Source of the DNA: a bacterium
GTDB taxonomy: Bacteria > SAR324 > NAC60-12
Assembly (NCBI GenBank): GCA_965209155.1
Contig: OZ242383.1
Span: 1,248,001 to 1,312,000, forward strand
Direction: 5' to 3'
Length of the DNA: 64,000 nt
In this document: one piece after another, positions 40,624-51,679 of the stretch
Layout: every line of letters starts with the position of its first letter
How positions within the stretch are numbered: the stretch's first letter is position 1
Notes under the pieces: generated by a model
Seen by the model: the letters and a program-made list of their open reading frames with translations, nothing else
The model's database searches: none
What the model was told of the DNA's origin: nothing
Translations under genes and position numbers: made by a program

Positions 40624-42687
40624 TTATGCTCCGGTAAGCCGCTGCACTTGCCACATGCTGGCTACGCACACCACTGGCTCAGAGGCCACCAGCCGTTGCG
40701 CATCCAAAATCGCTTGGCCTCCTTGCATGGCCGAGAGCCGGCAAAACGCATCCAAAGCGAAACCGAAGCACACAATGTTGTCATCGGTTTTGATCACGCG
40801 TAACATTCCACGTCGCAATTCCGCAATAGATGCGCTGGACAGACGATTGTTGTCGGAGCCTTGTTGCGTTGCCAGTATCACGGCCGCCCAGAGGGCATTC
40901 TCGCGAACTGCCGAACGCACTTGTTCGTTGAAGCGCGGAACCACCGCTTGAGGAAGCACGCCGGGCTCTGAATAGAACACACCGCTGCCTTCACACATGT
41001 CTGATTCATCTGTAGGCCGAATGTCGTATATTCCTCGCTTCTGAGCGATGTCCTGGGCCAGTCGATTCTCCTCTCTTTCGAGGCATTCGACCAGTGCCGA
41101 AACTACCCCAGCCGCTACCTCGAACCTGCCGTCGCGTAAGGCGCGCCGTCCGACAAGACCGAGTGACGCTGCGCAGGTAGCGCGAACGTGGACCGAATGG
41201 TCGCGCTCGAGCAACTCCCGGAGAGCGTCCACCACCTCAGGCTCTGCGGGGGCTGCCTCGCCGAGAGCCCAAGCTGCATTCTTCCTCGCCCATTTGTGGG
41301 TCGAAGGCGAGAGGGCCACGTCCAACGCAACCTCGTACGCCGCATCGGTCCCTGCGGCGACGATGCCGTGGGTGGCTGCGCGTCGCACACTCTCGCGGTC
41401 GTCCACGAAGGCCTGCCTCAGCACCTTGACTCCCTGCGCAGTCGTAGCCAGGTGGTAGGCCGCGGCAACTCTCTGCGGCTCATGCTCGTCTCCGCAGAGG
41501 TACAACTGCTTCTCAAGCTCCTTGGTAGTCTGTTGGGAGGCAACGCTTGGCGGTGCCGCACCAGTAGCCCATGCGAAGATCGGCTCCCACACCGCCACCG
41601 CTTCTGGTGAGTGCAGAGGGATGCCGGTAAGCGGGTCCACAGCAGGCAACAGCCGCATGCACGCAGTCTCATGCTCTGACGGAGACGGATCGCTCGCTGG
41701 CGCCTGCGGTGGCTCCGTTGTCCGATACATCCAAAATCGCCACATATAGCGAGGGTTCTCAACCCAGAGTGATGGGTCATCACTGCGCCGCTGCCCTCGA
41801 TGAAGGCAGTTTGGGTTCATCAGCACAACAGAGCCTGCGGGCACACACAGCTTGACCTGGCGGACAAGTGGCCACCGGGTGCCTGCGACGGCACTGTCTA
41901 AACGGCAGTCACGCTCTGCGAGGTCAGGATTTGCGCCCATTTTCTCTCGCAAAAAGTTGTAGTCCAGCATTTCAATGCTGATGTTGTCGTTGTTCTCGTC
42001 ATGGTCGAAGGTCCAGTATTGCGAGTGTGGCACGAGCACTGTCGGTGCCATAGTCTCTGGGACCTCCTGGGGGTAGTAGAACAGGTCGATGGTCTCGAGG
42101 TGATGGAAACGGAGGCCTGGTTTTCGCGCATTCCATGGAAGCAGGTCGTCCTTGTGCCAGTGCTGATCATAGGAACCGGCCGAGATAACATGACCTCCAA
42201 AGGGCACGATTGCCGAACCGGGGCCGAGGATGTTTTCCACTGCAGCCGTGAGCCCGGGTGAGGCAAAAATCTCGGACAGCTCTGGCACTTCCGCTGCAAG
42301 GTTGGCAGCAAAGATCACCTTTTCCGTTACCGATTTCTCCTCAGCAGCACCGGTCAGTTTGACGTTTTTTACTCCGAATGATCGCACTTGAGGAGCTTCC
42401 GGATGGAGTCCCCTGCCCACCTGCTCTGGTGGAGCCACGCTCAAGGTACCGTTCGGCGCAGTGTCTTGTCTCTTTGCACGCTGCCGCTGCAGTGCCTTCA
42501 GCGCATTCGTTGTCTGCTGGTGAATTCGCGGGTGAATGCTGGCGTCCACACCCAGGTCCTCGGGTGTCAGCAGGATGAAACCTCGCGACACGTATTCTGC
42601 CAACCGGGCCCGTGAATTGATGCTTTTGGCGGCCCGTGGCTCCTCTAGCGTGTGGGTTACACTGATGGTATGCGTCGGTTTATACAA
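40624..42687 (-). CDS. PhyH-like dioxygenase domain fused to HEAT repeats
   Basis: DQHWHKD, FYYPQ, PAGSVV...CLHRG; HEAT-like RESVRRAATHG, ARKNAAWALG; TTG start after GGAGG. Confidence 0.75.
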   Translation of the reverse strand: MYKPTHTISVTHTLEEPRAAKSINSRARLAEYVSRGFILLTPEDLGVDASIHPRIHQQTTNALKALQRQRAKRQDTAPNGTLSVAPPEQVGRGLHPEAPQVRSFGVKNVKLTGAAEEKSVTEKVIFAANLAAEVPELSEIFASPGLTAAVENILGPGSAIVPFGGHVISAGSYDQHWHKDDLLPWNARKPGLRFHHLETIDLFYYPQEVPETMAPTVLVPHSQYWTFDHDENNDNISIEMLDYNFLREKMGANPDLAERDCRLDSAVAGTRWPLVRQVKLCVPAGSVVLMNPNCLHRGQRRSDDPSLWVENPRYMWRFWMYRTTEPPQAPASDPSPSEHETACMRLLPAVDPLTGIPLHSPEAVAVWEPIFAWATGAAPPSVASQQTTKELEKQLYLCGDEHEPQRVAAAYHLATTAQGVKVLRQAFVDDRESVRRAATHGIVAAGTDAAYEVALDVALSPSTHKWARKNAAWALGEAAPAEPEVVDALRELLERDHSVHVRATCAASLGLVGRRALRDGRFEVAAGVVSALVECLEREENRLAQDIAQKRGIYDIRPTDESDMCEGSGVFYSEPGVLPQAVVPRFNEQVRSAVRENALWAAVILATQQGSDNNRLSSASIAELRRGMLRVIKTDDNIVCFGFALDAFCRLSAMQGGQAILDAQRLVASEPVVCVASMWQVQRLTGA

Positions 42688-42813
42688 TTTTCCTCCAATA
42701 TTAAATTTTTAGGTAAGGGGTTAAGAGACCGCGCTTGGCCAGGTCCGCGGCAAAACCTGGCAGGCGGTTATCCATTGTTACAGAGAAGAAATGGGAATTG
42801 AAATTCATAAAAA

Positions 42814-45438
42814 TTATGGAATTGGTTCTTCTTCCAATTTTACTCGGAAACGACCTATTTCAAAGAGTTTCCTGAGAGCGACCTCGACGATCAGCAAGAA
42901 GCACGATGCGAATAAAAAATAGGGCCAGAGCGGCACTCCACGATTCGAGACGTCGCCTTCGACGTTGAAAAGTGGGCTTAAGTCTTCTTCAGGATGGAGA
43001 ATCCGTCCTCCCGTGATGTGCGCAAGTTGGTTCAAGAGATTGGTGTTGGTTTTTAAATTTTGAAATTCGCTGGTATAAGGAATCCCATAACCAAAGGTTT
43101 GCGAGTTGACCACTTTTTCAGCCTTGAGCTCATACAAATTGAGATAATAGGCCCCGGTTTCCTCTACTGGAAATATACCTTTGTATTTTCCCGGAGCAAT
43201 TTGTTCCAAAGCAATTTCCTCGTTTGATTGGGTTTGATTGGGAAAAAGCACCTTTATTTTCAATTCCAGGTTATTGATAAAGCGGTTTTCTTGATCGGTG
43301 ACGTCCACCAGAAAATGACCTTGATCATCCACTTTTTCAATGAGGACATCGTATTGACCTGCCGTCTCATTTTTTTCCACCCATTTGACCATCCGACCTG
43401 CAAATGGACCATAGTTGTCCCATTGAAGCCATTGCTTTCCCCAGCGTCCTGACAAATCGGAAGTGAAAGCCAGGCTTTTTCCGAGGCCATAGCGCTTAGT
43501 CACCAGCAGGGGACCTTCTCTTGTTTTCAGTTGAATGGTGGCTTCGGGTTTGGGATAGGTGATATCCATGCCCAGCACAGGAGGAAAATCGCTATCTTCG
43601 TAGCCCTCCATAAAATCCGAGTAATGTTCCAATTCGGGTTGCAGTTCTTCTTCCAGGATCACTTTACGGGAAACAATTTTTATTTCATCGACAAAAATCC
43701 GGGGAATGTTGCCTGCATCATTGGTGCGGTAACTTCTTCCTTTACCTCGATCCGCCATGTTTTTCATGAATGAATAATTGGCGTCTTCTCCCACGGCAAC
43801 GGTGGAAATGGTGATTTCCTTCTCCACTGCGGTGTTTAGCAAGGTATTGAGTCGTTCTTTTTCAGTTGCTGCATCGAAGATCTCTCCATCGGAGAGAATA
43901 ATGACGTGCTTTTTGATGGAGGCGTGAGTTTGGATCGTTGCAATGGCTTCTTGCAACCCCTGGAATAACTTGGTTCCCCCATCTGCTTTCAAAGAGAGTA
44001 AACTCCTGGCAATCGTTTTTCGATTTTTTGCGGAAGTGAAGGGGACGGTCCATTGATAATTCGCATCGAAGGCGATCACTCCCACCATATCTTTGGGATT
44101 CAACAATTCCACTGCGGAGAATACGGCGATTTTGGCGGCTTCCAGTTTCTTTTGGCTCCCCAGGTTCTTGACCATGCTGGTCGACTTGTCTATGACGAAA
44201 ATGATGCTCAAACTGCTATAGACGAGTTCGGTTGGTGGGTCCATCAGGACCGGTAACGCTCTTTCAACAGGAGTTTTGCGGTATTCGCCTGCACCGAAAC
44301 TTTGAGGACCTCCTATCATCAACAATCCTCCTCCGACGTCCTTGACGAATTTTTCCAGGTTCTCCATATCCTGCTCTGACAACTGAGTGCTTGGCACATT
44401 GTCGAGAATGATGGCTTTATAATCGATGATATCATTCATGGAAGCAGGGAGGTCCTGGACCTTCAAAACATCGAGATGAAATCCCTGCTCCCGCAAGGCA
44501 ATCACCAGGGGAACTTTGGAAGCTCCGCTTTCGCTCAGGTACAAAACACCGGATTTACGTATCGCCGAGGTAAAGGATAAGCCTTCGTTGTTTTGATAGA
44601 CGACATCTTCTTTTGGATTGATCACTGCTTTGTAGCTGTAAATTCCAGGTGTGTGAACCACGTCTATCAAACGAAAAACATTCTTACCAGGCAGCAATGG
44701 GATGGTGTGGTTGGCGATCAGTTCCCCATTTCTCAGGAGAATCAGGTCGCCTTCGCTTTCTTTAGCGCTGACAACCCGTATATGGACTTCAAAAGGAGAT
44801 TGCAAAGCAACAAGGGACGGGGTTTCTATTCCTTCAATTCGTACTTCGTTTTTTTCTTGTTGGGATTCCAGGGAAAGAGAGAAGATCTGAATATTGAGGG
44901 ATTTTGCTAAAAATGCTATCTCTTCCGCCTGTTTGAGATTTTGGTTTCCATCCGAGATCAGGAGGATGCGATTGGTTCCTTGATCCGGTAATTTTCCAAC
45001 AGCCAATTGAAGACCTTCGTAGATATTGGTAAATTTTGAGTTGATATGAGAACGGTGGAACTCTGTCGGAAAATTGGGGGTCAGAGGAACCTCGAGGGAC
45101 GATTTTTTCCCGAACCTGATCAGCCCCGCCCGATCTTCTTCTTTCATGGCGCGAACCGCTTTTTCAATATAAGACCGGGCGACATTCTCTCCTGCGTGAA
45201 ACACGCTGTCGGAAGCATCCACGACAAAGAACAAATTGACTCCATCAGCGCCATGATGCAAGCGTGGCTGTGCCAGGGTCACGCCCATCAATAAAATGAC
45301 CAAAGATCGCATTGATGCGGATGTCAGGTTTCGAATGGTGCCCTGCTGCCGGACAGTTGGCAGGTAAACCATGTACCAGACAAAGGGTATTGCCAGCCAA
45401 ATCAGCAGATAGTAGGGGTTCGTGAGAGTAACAGACAT
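42814..45438 (-). CDS. Membrane protein with two vWA domains and a glutamine-amidotransferase-like domain
   Basis: MIDAS DASDS and DKSTS, ISDG/LSDG, GGGLLMIGG..SFGAG.Y. Confidence 0.85.
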   Translation of the reverse strand: MSVTLTNPYYLLIWLAIPFVWYMVYLPTVRQQGTIRNLTSASMRSLVILLMGVTLAQPRLHHGADGVNLFFVVDASDSVFHAGENVARSYIEKAVRAMKEEDRAGLIRFGKKSSLEVPLTPNFPTEFHRSHINSKFTNIYEGLQLAVGKLPDQGTNRILLISDGNQNLKQAEEIAFLAKSLNIQIFSLSLESQQEKNEVRIEGIETPSLVALQSPFEVHIRVVSAKESEGDLILLRNGELIANHTIPLLPGKNVFRLIDVVHTPGIYSYKAVINPKEDVVYQNNEGLSFTSAIRKSGVLYLSESGASKVPLVIALREQGFHLDVLKVQDLPASMNDIIDYKAIILDNVPSTQLSEQDMENLEKFVKDVGGGLLMIGGPQSFGAGEYRKTPVERALPVLMDPPTELVYSSLSIIFVIDKSTSMVKNLGSQKKLEAAKIAVFSAVELLNPKDMVGVIAFDANYQWTVPFTSAKNRKTIARSLLSLKADGGTKLFQGLQEAIATIQTHASIKKHVIILSDGEIFDAATEKERLNTLLNTAVEKEITISTVAVGEDANYSFMKNMADRGKGRSYRTNDAGNIPRIFVDEIKIVSRKVILEEELQPELEHYSDFMEGYEDSDFPPVLGMDITYPKPEATIQLKTREGPLLVTKRYGLGKSLAFTSDLSGRWGKQWLQWDNYGPFAGRMVKWVEKNETAGQYDVLIEKVDDQGHFLVDVTDQENRFINNLELKIKVLFPNQTQSNEEIALEQIAPGKYKGIFPVEETGAYYLNLYELKAEKVVNSQTFGYGIPYTSEFQNLKTNTNLLNQLAHITGGRILHPEEDLSPLFNVEGDVSNRGVPLWPYFLFASCFLLIVEVALRKLFEIGRFRVKLEEEPIP

Positions 45439-45445
45439 CGTGGTC

Positions 45446-47308
45446 CTATCTGGTTTTCAGCCAAAAATGCCATTCCAACAAAATAAACAAAGCAGCCATC
45501 AAAAAGAGAAATCCCCAAAGCGAATATTGGGCAATTGCCTTGTTGACGATAAGACCCAGCGCCGTTCGCGTGTCGGCATTTGGAAATTCTGGTACCCGGA
45601 TGTCGGATTCTTGTTCATTGAGTAAATTGACTGCGAAAAATTGATTGCTACGTCCTTGCTGGGCAAGGTATATACCGGTTTCCATGGTATTGAAAAAATG
45701 AAACCGACTGGATTCGGGGAAATGAGTTTCAATCTTTCCCGATGGCAATTGAATGGTCACTTCTTGAGTTCTGCTTCTCAATTGCAACGGAAAAGGACTA
45801 CCTGCTTGGGATTGTAATGAGGCAAATTCGAATTTGTAAGGGTACAGCCATCGAAAAATATTGTTCATCAAGACTGGAAAAGCGACTTTCATTGGCAATA
45901 CGGAGCGGTTCAGGTCGAATGCGAACTGCACGACTCGCAAATCTTCGTTTTCATAAGTGTAAAGCAATCCTGTTTGCCGGGACTCCACCAGCGAGTGCAG
46001 CGTCTCGTCGGAGTCCTCCGCAATCACCTGGACCCGAGTAGCAACTTCCGGATGAATCCCTGCCCAGTCTAAATTCTTCATGATGGGGTGATTCCGATCC
46101 CAGTCCGAAATAGCGGGGTTCTCTATCGTGTTTCCCGGGAAAAGGGGGAGGTCAGGAGAATAAGAATCGATCAGGAGGAAATTACCGGTTTTGGTGAAAG
46201 GGGGTGACATGCGGTCCATAATAATAATGTCTTGTTGCTCGACCTGGTGTTCCCATGAGCCGGGAGATGCGAATGCGCTTTGTTCCAGGATGATATTGGG
46301 ATGCGCTGCCAATAATTTTTCCAGGAAATAGTTGCCTTTGGTGAACAGTAGCACTTTAACCGGCTTGGGAGGTACCAGAACCGCAAAGGCTTGATTGTCA
46401 ATTGGAAAGTCATCCTCCAGCTCCAGCAGGGCTTCCGCAATTCCGGGTTTGTTTCCGGAATAAGGAAAAAATAATACTTTCTTCTCCTGTGGGTCGAGGG
46501 TGACCTCCGGATTGGCCAGCACCGTGTTATTGACTCTCAAGAGCAGGGGAATTTGTTGCGGTGTTTGATTGAAGTTGCGTATTTCCAGCAGCACCTGGTA
46601 TCGATCTTCACCAACGAATTCTTTACGGATCTCGAATTTAAGGATGCCTGTGTTTTGATTGCCTCCCTGGATGAGGATAGGTTTCACGTTGTCGTGAATT
46701 TCCGAAATATTGTGAAATTCCCCCCCTGCCCCATCAGTGATTACGAAAATTTGATCGTCACGATCTACTTCGAAAAAAGAGAGCGCCAAAAAAACGGCTT
46801 TCTTTAAGTTTCCGGCAGCATCCACCGGTTGGATTTCTTCAATCACCGCAGATAATTTTTGCTTGTCACCGGAAAAATGGATTTTCACCTGTGGAGTCAT
46901 TCCAGATTCGATGATCAGGGCCTTACTGAGCACGGGAAGGTCCTCGATCAACTGCAATGCTTTTTCGCGAGCATGATCGAAGCGGGTTTGCGTGCCGCTG
47001 CGAGTTTGCATGCTGGCACTGGTATCCAGTACCAAAATCATGTTGCCGTATTGTTCGGTGTTCCAGAGCCAGACCGGTTGGATCAAAGCGAGTGTGGAGA
47101 AGAGGATGATCAGGATCTGAAAAAGCAAAGGGAGGTTTTTAAGCAGACGTCGCCAATGCCATCCTGCAGGCTGTTCGCGCAGGACTTCTCTCCAGAGAAA
47201 GAGAGTTGTCACCGGCACTTCTCTTGCCTTGGGTTTGAGGCTGTGAATCAGTAAAAGAATCGGAATAAGTCCCAAAAGGAGCAATCCAACAGGATTCAAA
47301 AGTTGCAT
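45446..47308 (-). CDS. BatA-domain vWA protein
   Basis: N-terminal LLNP.GLLLL..IPILLLIH, MIDAS DTSASM, ITDG, C-terminal LLEW. Confidence 0.85.
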   Translation of the reverse strand: MQLLNPVGLLLLGLIPILLLIHSLKPKAREVPVTTLFLWREVLREQPAGWHWRRLLKNLPLLFQILIILFSTLALIQPVWLWNTEQYGNMILVLDTSASMQTRSGTQTRFDHAREKALQLIEDLPVLSKALIIESGMTPQVKIHFSGDKQKLSAVIEEIQPVDAAGNLKKAVFLALSFFEVDRDDQIFVITDGAGGEFHNISEIHDNVKPILIQGGNQNTGILKFEIRKEFVGEDRYQVLLEIRNFNQTPQQIPLLLRVNNTVLANPEVTLDPQEKKVLFFPYSGNKPGIAEALLELEDDFPIDNQAFAVLVPPKPVKVLLFTKGNYFLEKLLAAHPNIILEQSAFASPGSWEHQVEQQDIIIMDRMSPPFTKTGNFLLIDSYSPDLPLFPGNTIENPAISDWDRNHPIMKNLDWAGIHPEVATRVQVIAEDSDETLHSLVESRQTGLLYTYENEDLRVVQFAFDLNRSVLPMKVAFPVLMNNIFRWLYPYKFEFASLQSQAGSPFPLQLRSRTQEVTIQLPSGKIETHFPESSRFHFFNTMETGIYLAQQGRSNQFFAVNLLNEQESDIRVPEFPNADTRTALGLIVNKAIAQYSLWGFLFLMAALFILLEWHFWLKTR

Positions 47309-48205
47309 TTATTTTACCAGGTTCCCTTCCATCAGGTAATGAACCAGGAAATAGTTAAAGGGTGTTTGGGTATCCACAAGAAAAAAATCGGCACCGATGG
47401 CAAGACAAAATTCCCGGATCCCTGCGATATAATTTTCCAGTCTGTTTCTATAGAGTCCCCGCATTTCCATATCCAGAGTCAATTCTCGTTTAGTACCGGA
47501 TTCGATATCCGTCAGCTTTAAAAAACCGTTCAAAATCGGATCGATTTCCTGATGATCGAGTATTTGAATCAGGTTGATGTCCAGATTTTGATAGTGGAGG
47601 GCTTTCACTCCCTTTTCAAACCCCCTTTCATCGAGGAGATCGCTCAAAACAATGACTAAACCGTTGGGAGGGACCGAAGAGGCGAATTCGACCAAGGCCG
47701 CATTGAGGTTGGTGGAACCGGCAGTTTTCAAATTTCTTAAAAATTCCAGGATCAAAAAATAAACCTGCCGACCTCGTTCCGGCATTTTTGCGAAAATCAT
47801 CCGGTCATTGAATGAACTGACCATGACTCGATCCAAATTTGCCAGGCTGATGTAACTCAAGGCCGCAGCGATTTTTTTGGCATACAACGATTTCAGCGGA
47901 TTTCCACTTTCCATGGAGAGACTGGTATCCAACAAAATGTAAATCGATTGTTCTTTTTCCGCCTTGAACAATTTGATGAATAAACGCCCCAGTCTCCCAT
48001 AGACGTTCCAATCGACATACCGCAAGTCATCACCGGGTTGATAAGCGCGATAATCCAGAAACTCCTGGCTGCCTCCGGTACGTATGGAATTGCGTTCTCC
48101 CACGTACATACCCCTGGCTTTCTTTTTGGCCAGCAACAGTAAGTGTTCCAGTTTCTCTAAAAAATCATCCTCTAAAAAAGGATCGCTTTGAACTGCTTTT
48201 GTCAT
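47309..48205 (-). CDS. DUF58 domain protein
   Basis: EFLDYRAYQPGDDLRYVDWN, LLDTSLSM. Confidence 0.92.
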   Translation of the reverse strand: MTKAVQSDPFLEDDFLEKLEHLLLLAKKKARGMYVGERNSIRTGGSQEFLDYRAYQPGDDLRYVDWNVYGRLGRLFIKLFKAEKEQSIYILLDTSLSMESGNPLKSLYAKKIAAALSYISLANLDRVMVSSFNDRMIFAKMPERGRQVYFLILEFLRNLKTAGSTNLNAALVEFASSVPPNGLVIVLSDLLDERGFEKGVKALHYQNLDINLIQILDHQEIDPILNGFLKLTDIESGTKRELTLDMEMRGLYRNRLENYIAGIREFCLAIGADFFLVDTQTPFNYFLVHYLMEGNLVK

Positions 48206-48303
48206 CTTTGAAAAGGGTGACGGGACTATGAGGACTTCCGTAAAAAATCACATTCATGCAGAATTAGAGTGTCCGGGTGGCAATTGTTTCAAAAAGCAGT
48301 GAT

Positions 48304-49299
48304 TCAGTGACTTTCCGGAAGAGTTTGCACGATATGGTCAATCAGATCATCCACTTCTATCGATTCGGCAAGGCCCTTCAAGCTGAGGATGACACGATGC
48401 CGTAATGCGGGTTTGGCCACTTCCCGGATATCCTCGAAGGCAACGTTGTAGCGTCCATCGAGCAATGCGTTCAGTTTGGCGGCTAGTACCACAGTCTGCA
48501 ATCCCCGCGGGCTCGAACCATAGCGGACATAGTTCTTTGTCATCTCCACCGGACAATTCGGGGTAGGATGAGTCGCCATCAACAACCGAATTGCGTAATC
48601 TTGCACATGCGATGCAATCGGTACTTGCCTGACCAGGGGGCGCGATGCCAGAATGGCAGGGGTATCCATCACCGTTTGCAGCTCCGGCTCGTGCTCACCC
48701 GTAGTTTTTTCCAGGATCGCCCCCAACTCATCCGGATTGGGAAATTGAATGGTCAGCTTGTAAAAAAAGCGATCAATTTGAGCTTCCGGCAGGGGGTAAG
48801 TGCCCTCCATTTCGATGGGATTCTGAGTCGCCAGCACCACAAAAGGCTGTTGCAGTTGGTATTCGTTTCCAAATATCGTGATTTTGTTTTCCTGCATCGC
48901 TTCCAGAAGAGCCGATTGGGTTTTGGGAGTGGCCCGGTTGATTTCATCTGCCAGGATGATTTGTGCGAATAGGGGACCTTTATAAAATTCGAAACTGCGG
49001 TTGCCTCGTTCGTCCTCGTTGACCAGATTGGTGCCCAAAATATCGATCGGCATCAAATCCGGCGTGAATTGAATCCGGGAATACTCCAGGTCGAGTACTT
49101 GACTGAAAGATTTCACCAACAGTGTCTTACCCAATCCCGGTATACCTTCAATCAATGCGTTACCTCCACAGAGGATACAAGAAAAGAGAGACTTGATGAT
49201 CGATTTCTGCCCTACAATGATCTTGGATAACTCTTGATCAAGCAGGTCGAATTTGCGTCGTAGTTCTTCAGTTTGATCTTCCTTGGAATTTGGTGTCAT
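48304..49299 (-). CDS. moxR: MoxR family AAA+ ATPase
   Basis: EGIPGLGKT, RIQFTPDLMP, ADEINRA, TQNPIEMEGTYPLPEAQIDRF. Confidence 0.96.
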   Translation of the reverse strand: MTPNSKEDQTEELRRKFDLLDQELSKIIVGQKSIIKSLFSCILCGGNALIEGIPGLGKTLLVKSFSQVLDLEYSRIQFTPDLMPIDILGTNLVNEDERGNRSFEFYKGPLFAQIILADEINRATPKTQSALLEAMQENKITIFGNEYQLQQPFVVLATQNPIEMEGTYPLPEAQIDRFFYKLTIQFPNPDELGAILEKTTGEHEPELQTVMDTPAILASRPLVRQVPIASHVQDYAIRLLMATHPTPNCPVEMTKNYVRYGSSPRGLQTVVLAAKLNALLDGRYNVAFEDIREVAKPALRHRVILSLKGLAESIEVDDLIDHIVQTLPESH

Positions 49300-50798
49300 T
49301 GTGTTTTGTCGTCAATGGCTAAAAAATAATTTTTAATCAATGGCCGGTAGTGCAGAGGAATTTTTTCTTTTTGAAAGACGGTTTCCAGATCCTGCTCATA
49401 TTGTCGATTGAAGGCAATAGTTGGCAGTTCTGCTTCACCGATGGTAGTCAGGGTTTGTACTTGAACTTTGGTATGCTTCCCTTCTCCGCTAAGCCCTTTT
49501 ATTTTCGAAATGGCGTCTCGCGCGCGTTGAGCAGGGGAGGGGGTCTGACGGATCCCTTTTGACGGCATGTCTCCGGCCTGGTTTCCCGCTTCCTCATGTG
49601 AAAGATCTCCGGTTCCGTCTCCCGGGAAAAATTGGAAATCCTTGCCGGTCTGCATTGATTGATCAGCCAATCCCCCATTGCGTCTGCTTTCTTCGGAGTT
49701 TGAGCGCTCTGTGTTCGGAGATTCCCGGTCCTCGTTCGAGTACGCTCCTCCTTCTTTTCCTGCTTGCTCTGAATCAATGGATCTTTCCTGGTGTATACCC
49801 TTTTCCTCTTGCGCCAGGCTTTCTTCCAGCATCTGCTCCAATTCCCGGTTCCTGTTGAGGGCAGCCAGGCTTTCCGACAAGGAAAGGGGAATTTCTTCCG
49901 CAGACAAGTTACTCAATTCCTCTTCGATTTGATCGAGGTACTCCGGGTTGATCCCGTGCTGCAAAATACTCTCGAGAGTAGGAAGCCTGTTTGCCAGTTC
50001 GGGATCGATTTGTGCTGGCAAATTTTCGATAATTTCACTTTGAGCCTCACTGAGTTCGTTTTTCAATCTATTTTTTTCTTGAATAGTCTGCTGGCTGAGG
50101 GCATCCGATTTTTGCGATTTTTTTATCATCTCTGTCACTCTCTCTTCCAAATCCTTTTGGGCCAACTCCTCTTCAGGCTTTTGAATTTCAGAAGGGTTGG
50201 AAATGTTTTCCAGCTTATAAAATGGCTTCAAATTTTCAGTTTCTTCATGGAGGGCTTTACTTCCGGCAAGATTCGCAATGGCAGATTTCAGGGACTCCGG
50301 AACCATGTCTGGCAGACTGTTGATGAGAAAAAAGACTGCCAGGCATGAGGCGATGACCAATAAAGGAAGTTTGTAGCGACAACCGTAGAGCTGATTGAGA
50401 GGAAGGTAATGAAACGATGTCGTTGCAGTTTGAATGAGCTTGTCCGCAATAAAGGACTGTTGCCCCACCTGATGAACTTCGTAAGCTGTTCGTAGTAGTG
50501 CTTTCAAATGAAAACGCTGATCAAGCATTACGAGTTCGTCTTCCAATTGTTTTCTGAACTTGAATTGGCAGGTTAAGGTCAAGGCTGCGGCAATAGCAAT
50601 AAGAATTGCGTAGAAAAGCCAGGTTTCCACTGAAATCGGGAAAATTTTTTGTAAAATAAATCCGAGTAACGAAAATGATAGTGTGGAGACAAGCATCCAC
50701 ATCACCGTTTGCGCAAGCCACTGATGCTCGATCACAGATTTCAAATGGCCGAGGTTTGCAGCAAAATCATTACGCTTCACGACGAATGGAGATTCCAT
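49296..50798 (-). CDS. Membrane-anchored coiled-coil protein of the MoxR cluster
   Basis: Three hydrophobic segments, acidic coiled coil, C-terminal IPLHYRPLIKNYF. Confidence 0.7.
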   Translation of the reverse strand: MESPFVVKRNDFAANLGHLKSVIEHQWLAQTVMWMLVSTLSFSLLGFILQKIFPISVETWLFYAILIAIAAALTLTCQFKFRKQLEDELVMLDQRFHLKALLRTAYEVHQVGQQSFIADKLIQTATTSFHYLPLNQLYGCRYKLPLLVIASCLAVFFLINSLPDMVPESLKSAIANLAGSKALHEETENLKPFYKLENISNPSEIQKPEEELAQKDLEERVTEMIKKSQKSDALSQQTIQEKNRLKNELSEAQSEIIENLPAQIDPELANRLPTLESILQHGINPEYLDQIEEELSNLSAEEIPLSLSESLAALNRNRELEQMLEESLAQEEKGIHQERSIDSEQAGKEGGAYSNEDRESPNTERSNSEESRRNGGLADQSMQTGKDFQFFPGDGTGDLSHEEAGNQAGDMPSKGIRQTPSPAQRARDAISKIKGLSGEGKHTKVQVQTLTTIGEAELPTIAFNRQYEQDLETVFQKEKIPLHYRPLIKNYFLAIDDKTQ

Positions 50799-50800
50799 GG

Positions 50801-51679
50801 TTATTCTTCCGGGGAAGGACGATTCCGCAACAGGATATGAATGGTTCGTATCAACAAGCTGATGACCAGGACCGTAAAAATTAAATATACTGTATAAGAA
50901 TTCAACCTGCTTGTCACGATTTCATCTGTGCGTTGATACAAATCATAAAGCAAAAACAAAGGATTGATCCAGGGAGCGAAATAGAAGGTGCAAAGAAGAA
51001 AAACCAACAAGAAGACGCGACTCGAATAGTGACTGGTCATGGTGCTTCCCCATTGCAGGTAAGTCACGAAACCATACAAACGACATAACAGGGAAAAACT
51101 CAAAATGATACTGAAAGCCTTGAACAATCCACTCCAGGATACTTGAGACACAGTTGCTGCAATGAGGAGAAAAGGCAGGTATGGCAGCAAAATGAGGGCG
51201 GTCTGGGTGGTGAATTTTATTAACCCGTAAGTGAGAAAAGTTCGTGTCTCTTCCCAGGTACCCTCGTTGGGAAGAAAATGGGGATTCAAGTATCCAGGCA
51301 TGAATTCTCCACGACCGCAAATCAGGTTAATGTAGACGCTTCCCACCAGGAGCGCCTCGGCAATCACTAAAAAATTGATTGGAATTTCGTTTGTCAGCAG
51401 GTATTCCGTTTTTACTTTTTGAGGCCAGAAAACGATCAAGAGGATCGCCAGAAACCAGGTCCCATGGAAAAGCATGGCAACCAAGGAGGGATTCAAGAGG
51501 TAATTCAGGGATCGATTACGATTTTTCCCCAGCAAATAATCCTCGGAAACCATCCGTATGGCAGGATGATGCCGTAAGCGATTCAGTTTTTGAAAAATGG
51601 GATTTTTCCCGGGAATTTGCATTTCAATTGAAATGTTAAAGAGTGGTTCTGAAAAACAACGCATCGGAATGCGTGTCAC
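50801..51679 (-). CDS. Polytopic membrane protein (possibly ABC-2 permease-like); start uncertain
   Basis: About six hydrophobic segments; APWINPL. Confidence 0.6.
   Translation of the reverse strand: MTRIPMRCFSEPLFNISIEMQIPGKNPIFQKLNRLRHHPAIRMVSEDYLLGKNRNRSLNYLLNPSLVAMLFHGTWFLAILLIVFWPQKVKTEYLLTNEIPINFLVIAEALLVGSVYINLICGRGEFMPGYLNPHFLPNEGTWEETRTFLTYGLIKFTTQTALILLPYLPFLLIAATVSQVSWSGLFKAFSIILSFSLLCRLYGFVTYLQWGSTMTSHYSSRVFLLVFLLCTFYFAPWINPLFLLYDLYQRTDEIVTSRLNSYTVYLIFTVLVISLLIRTIHILLRNRPSPEE

Noticed and set aside
11900..42700. Integron/superintegron
   Set aside because: No intI and no consistent RYYYAAC...GTTRRRY attC sites recognised
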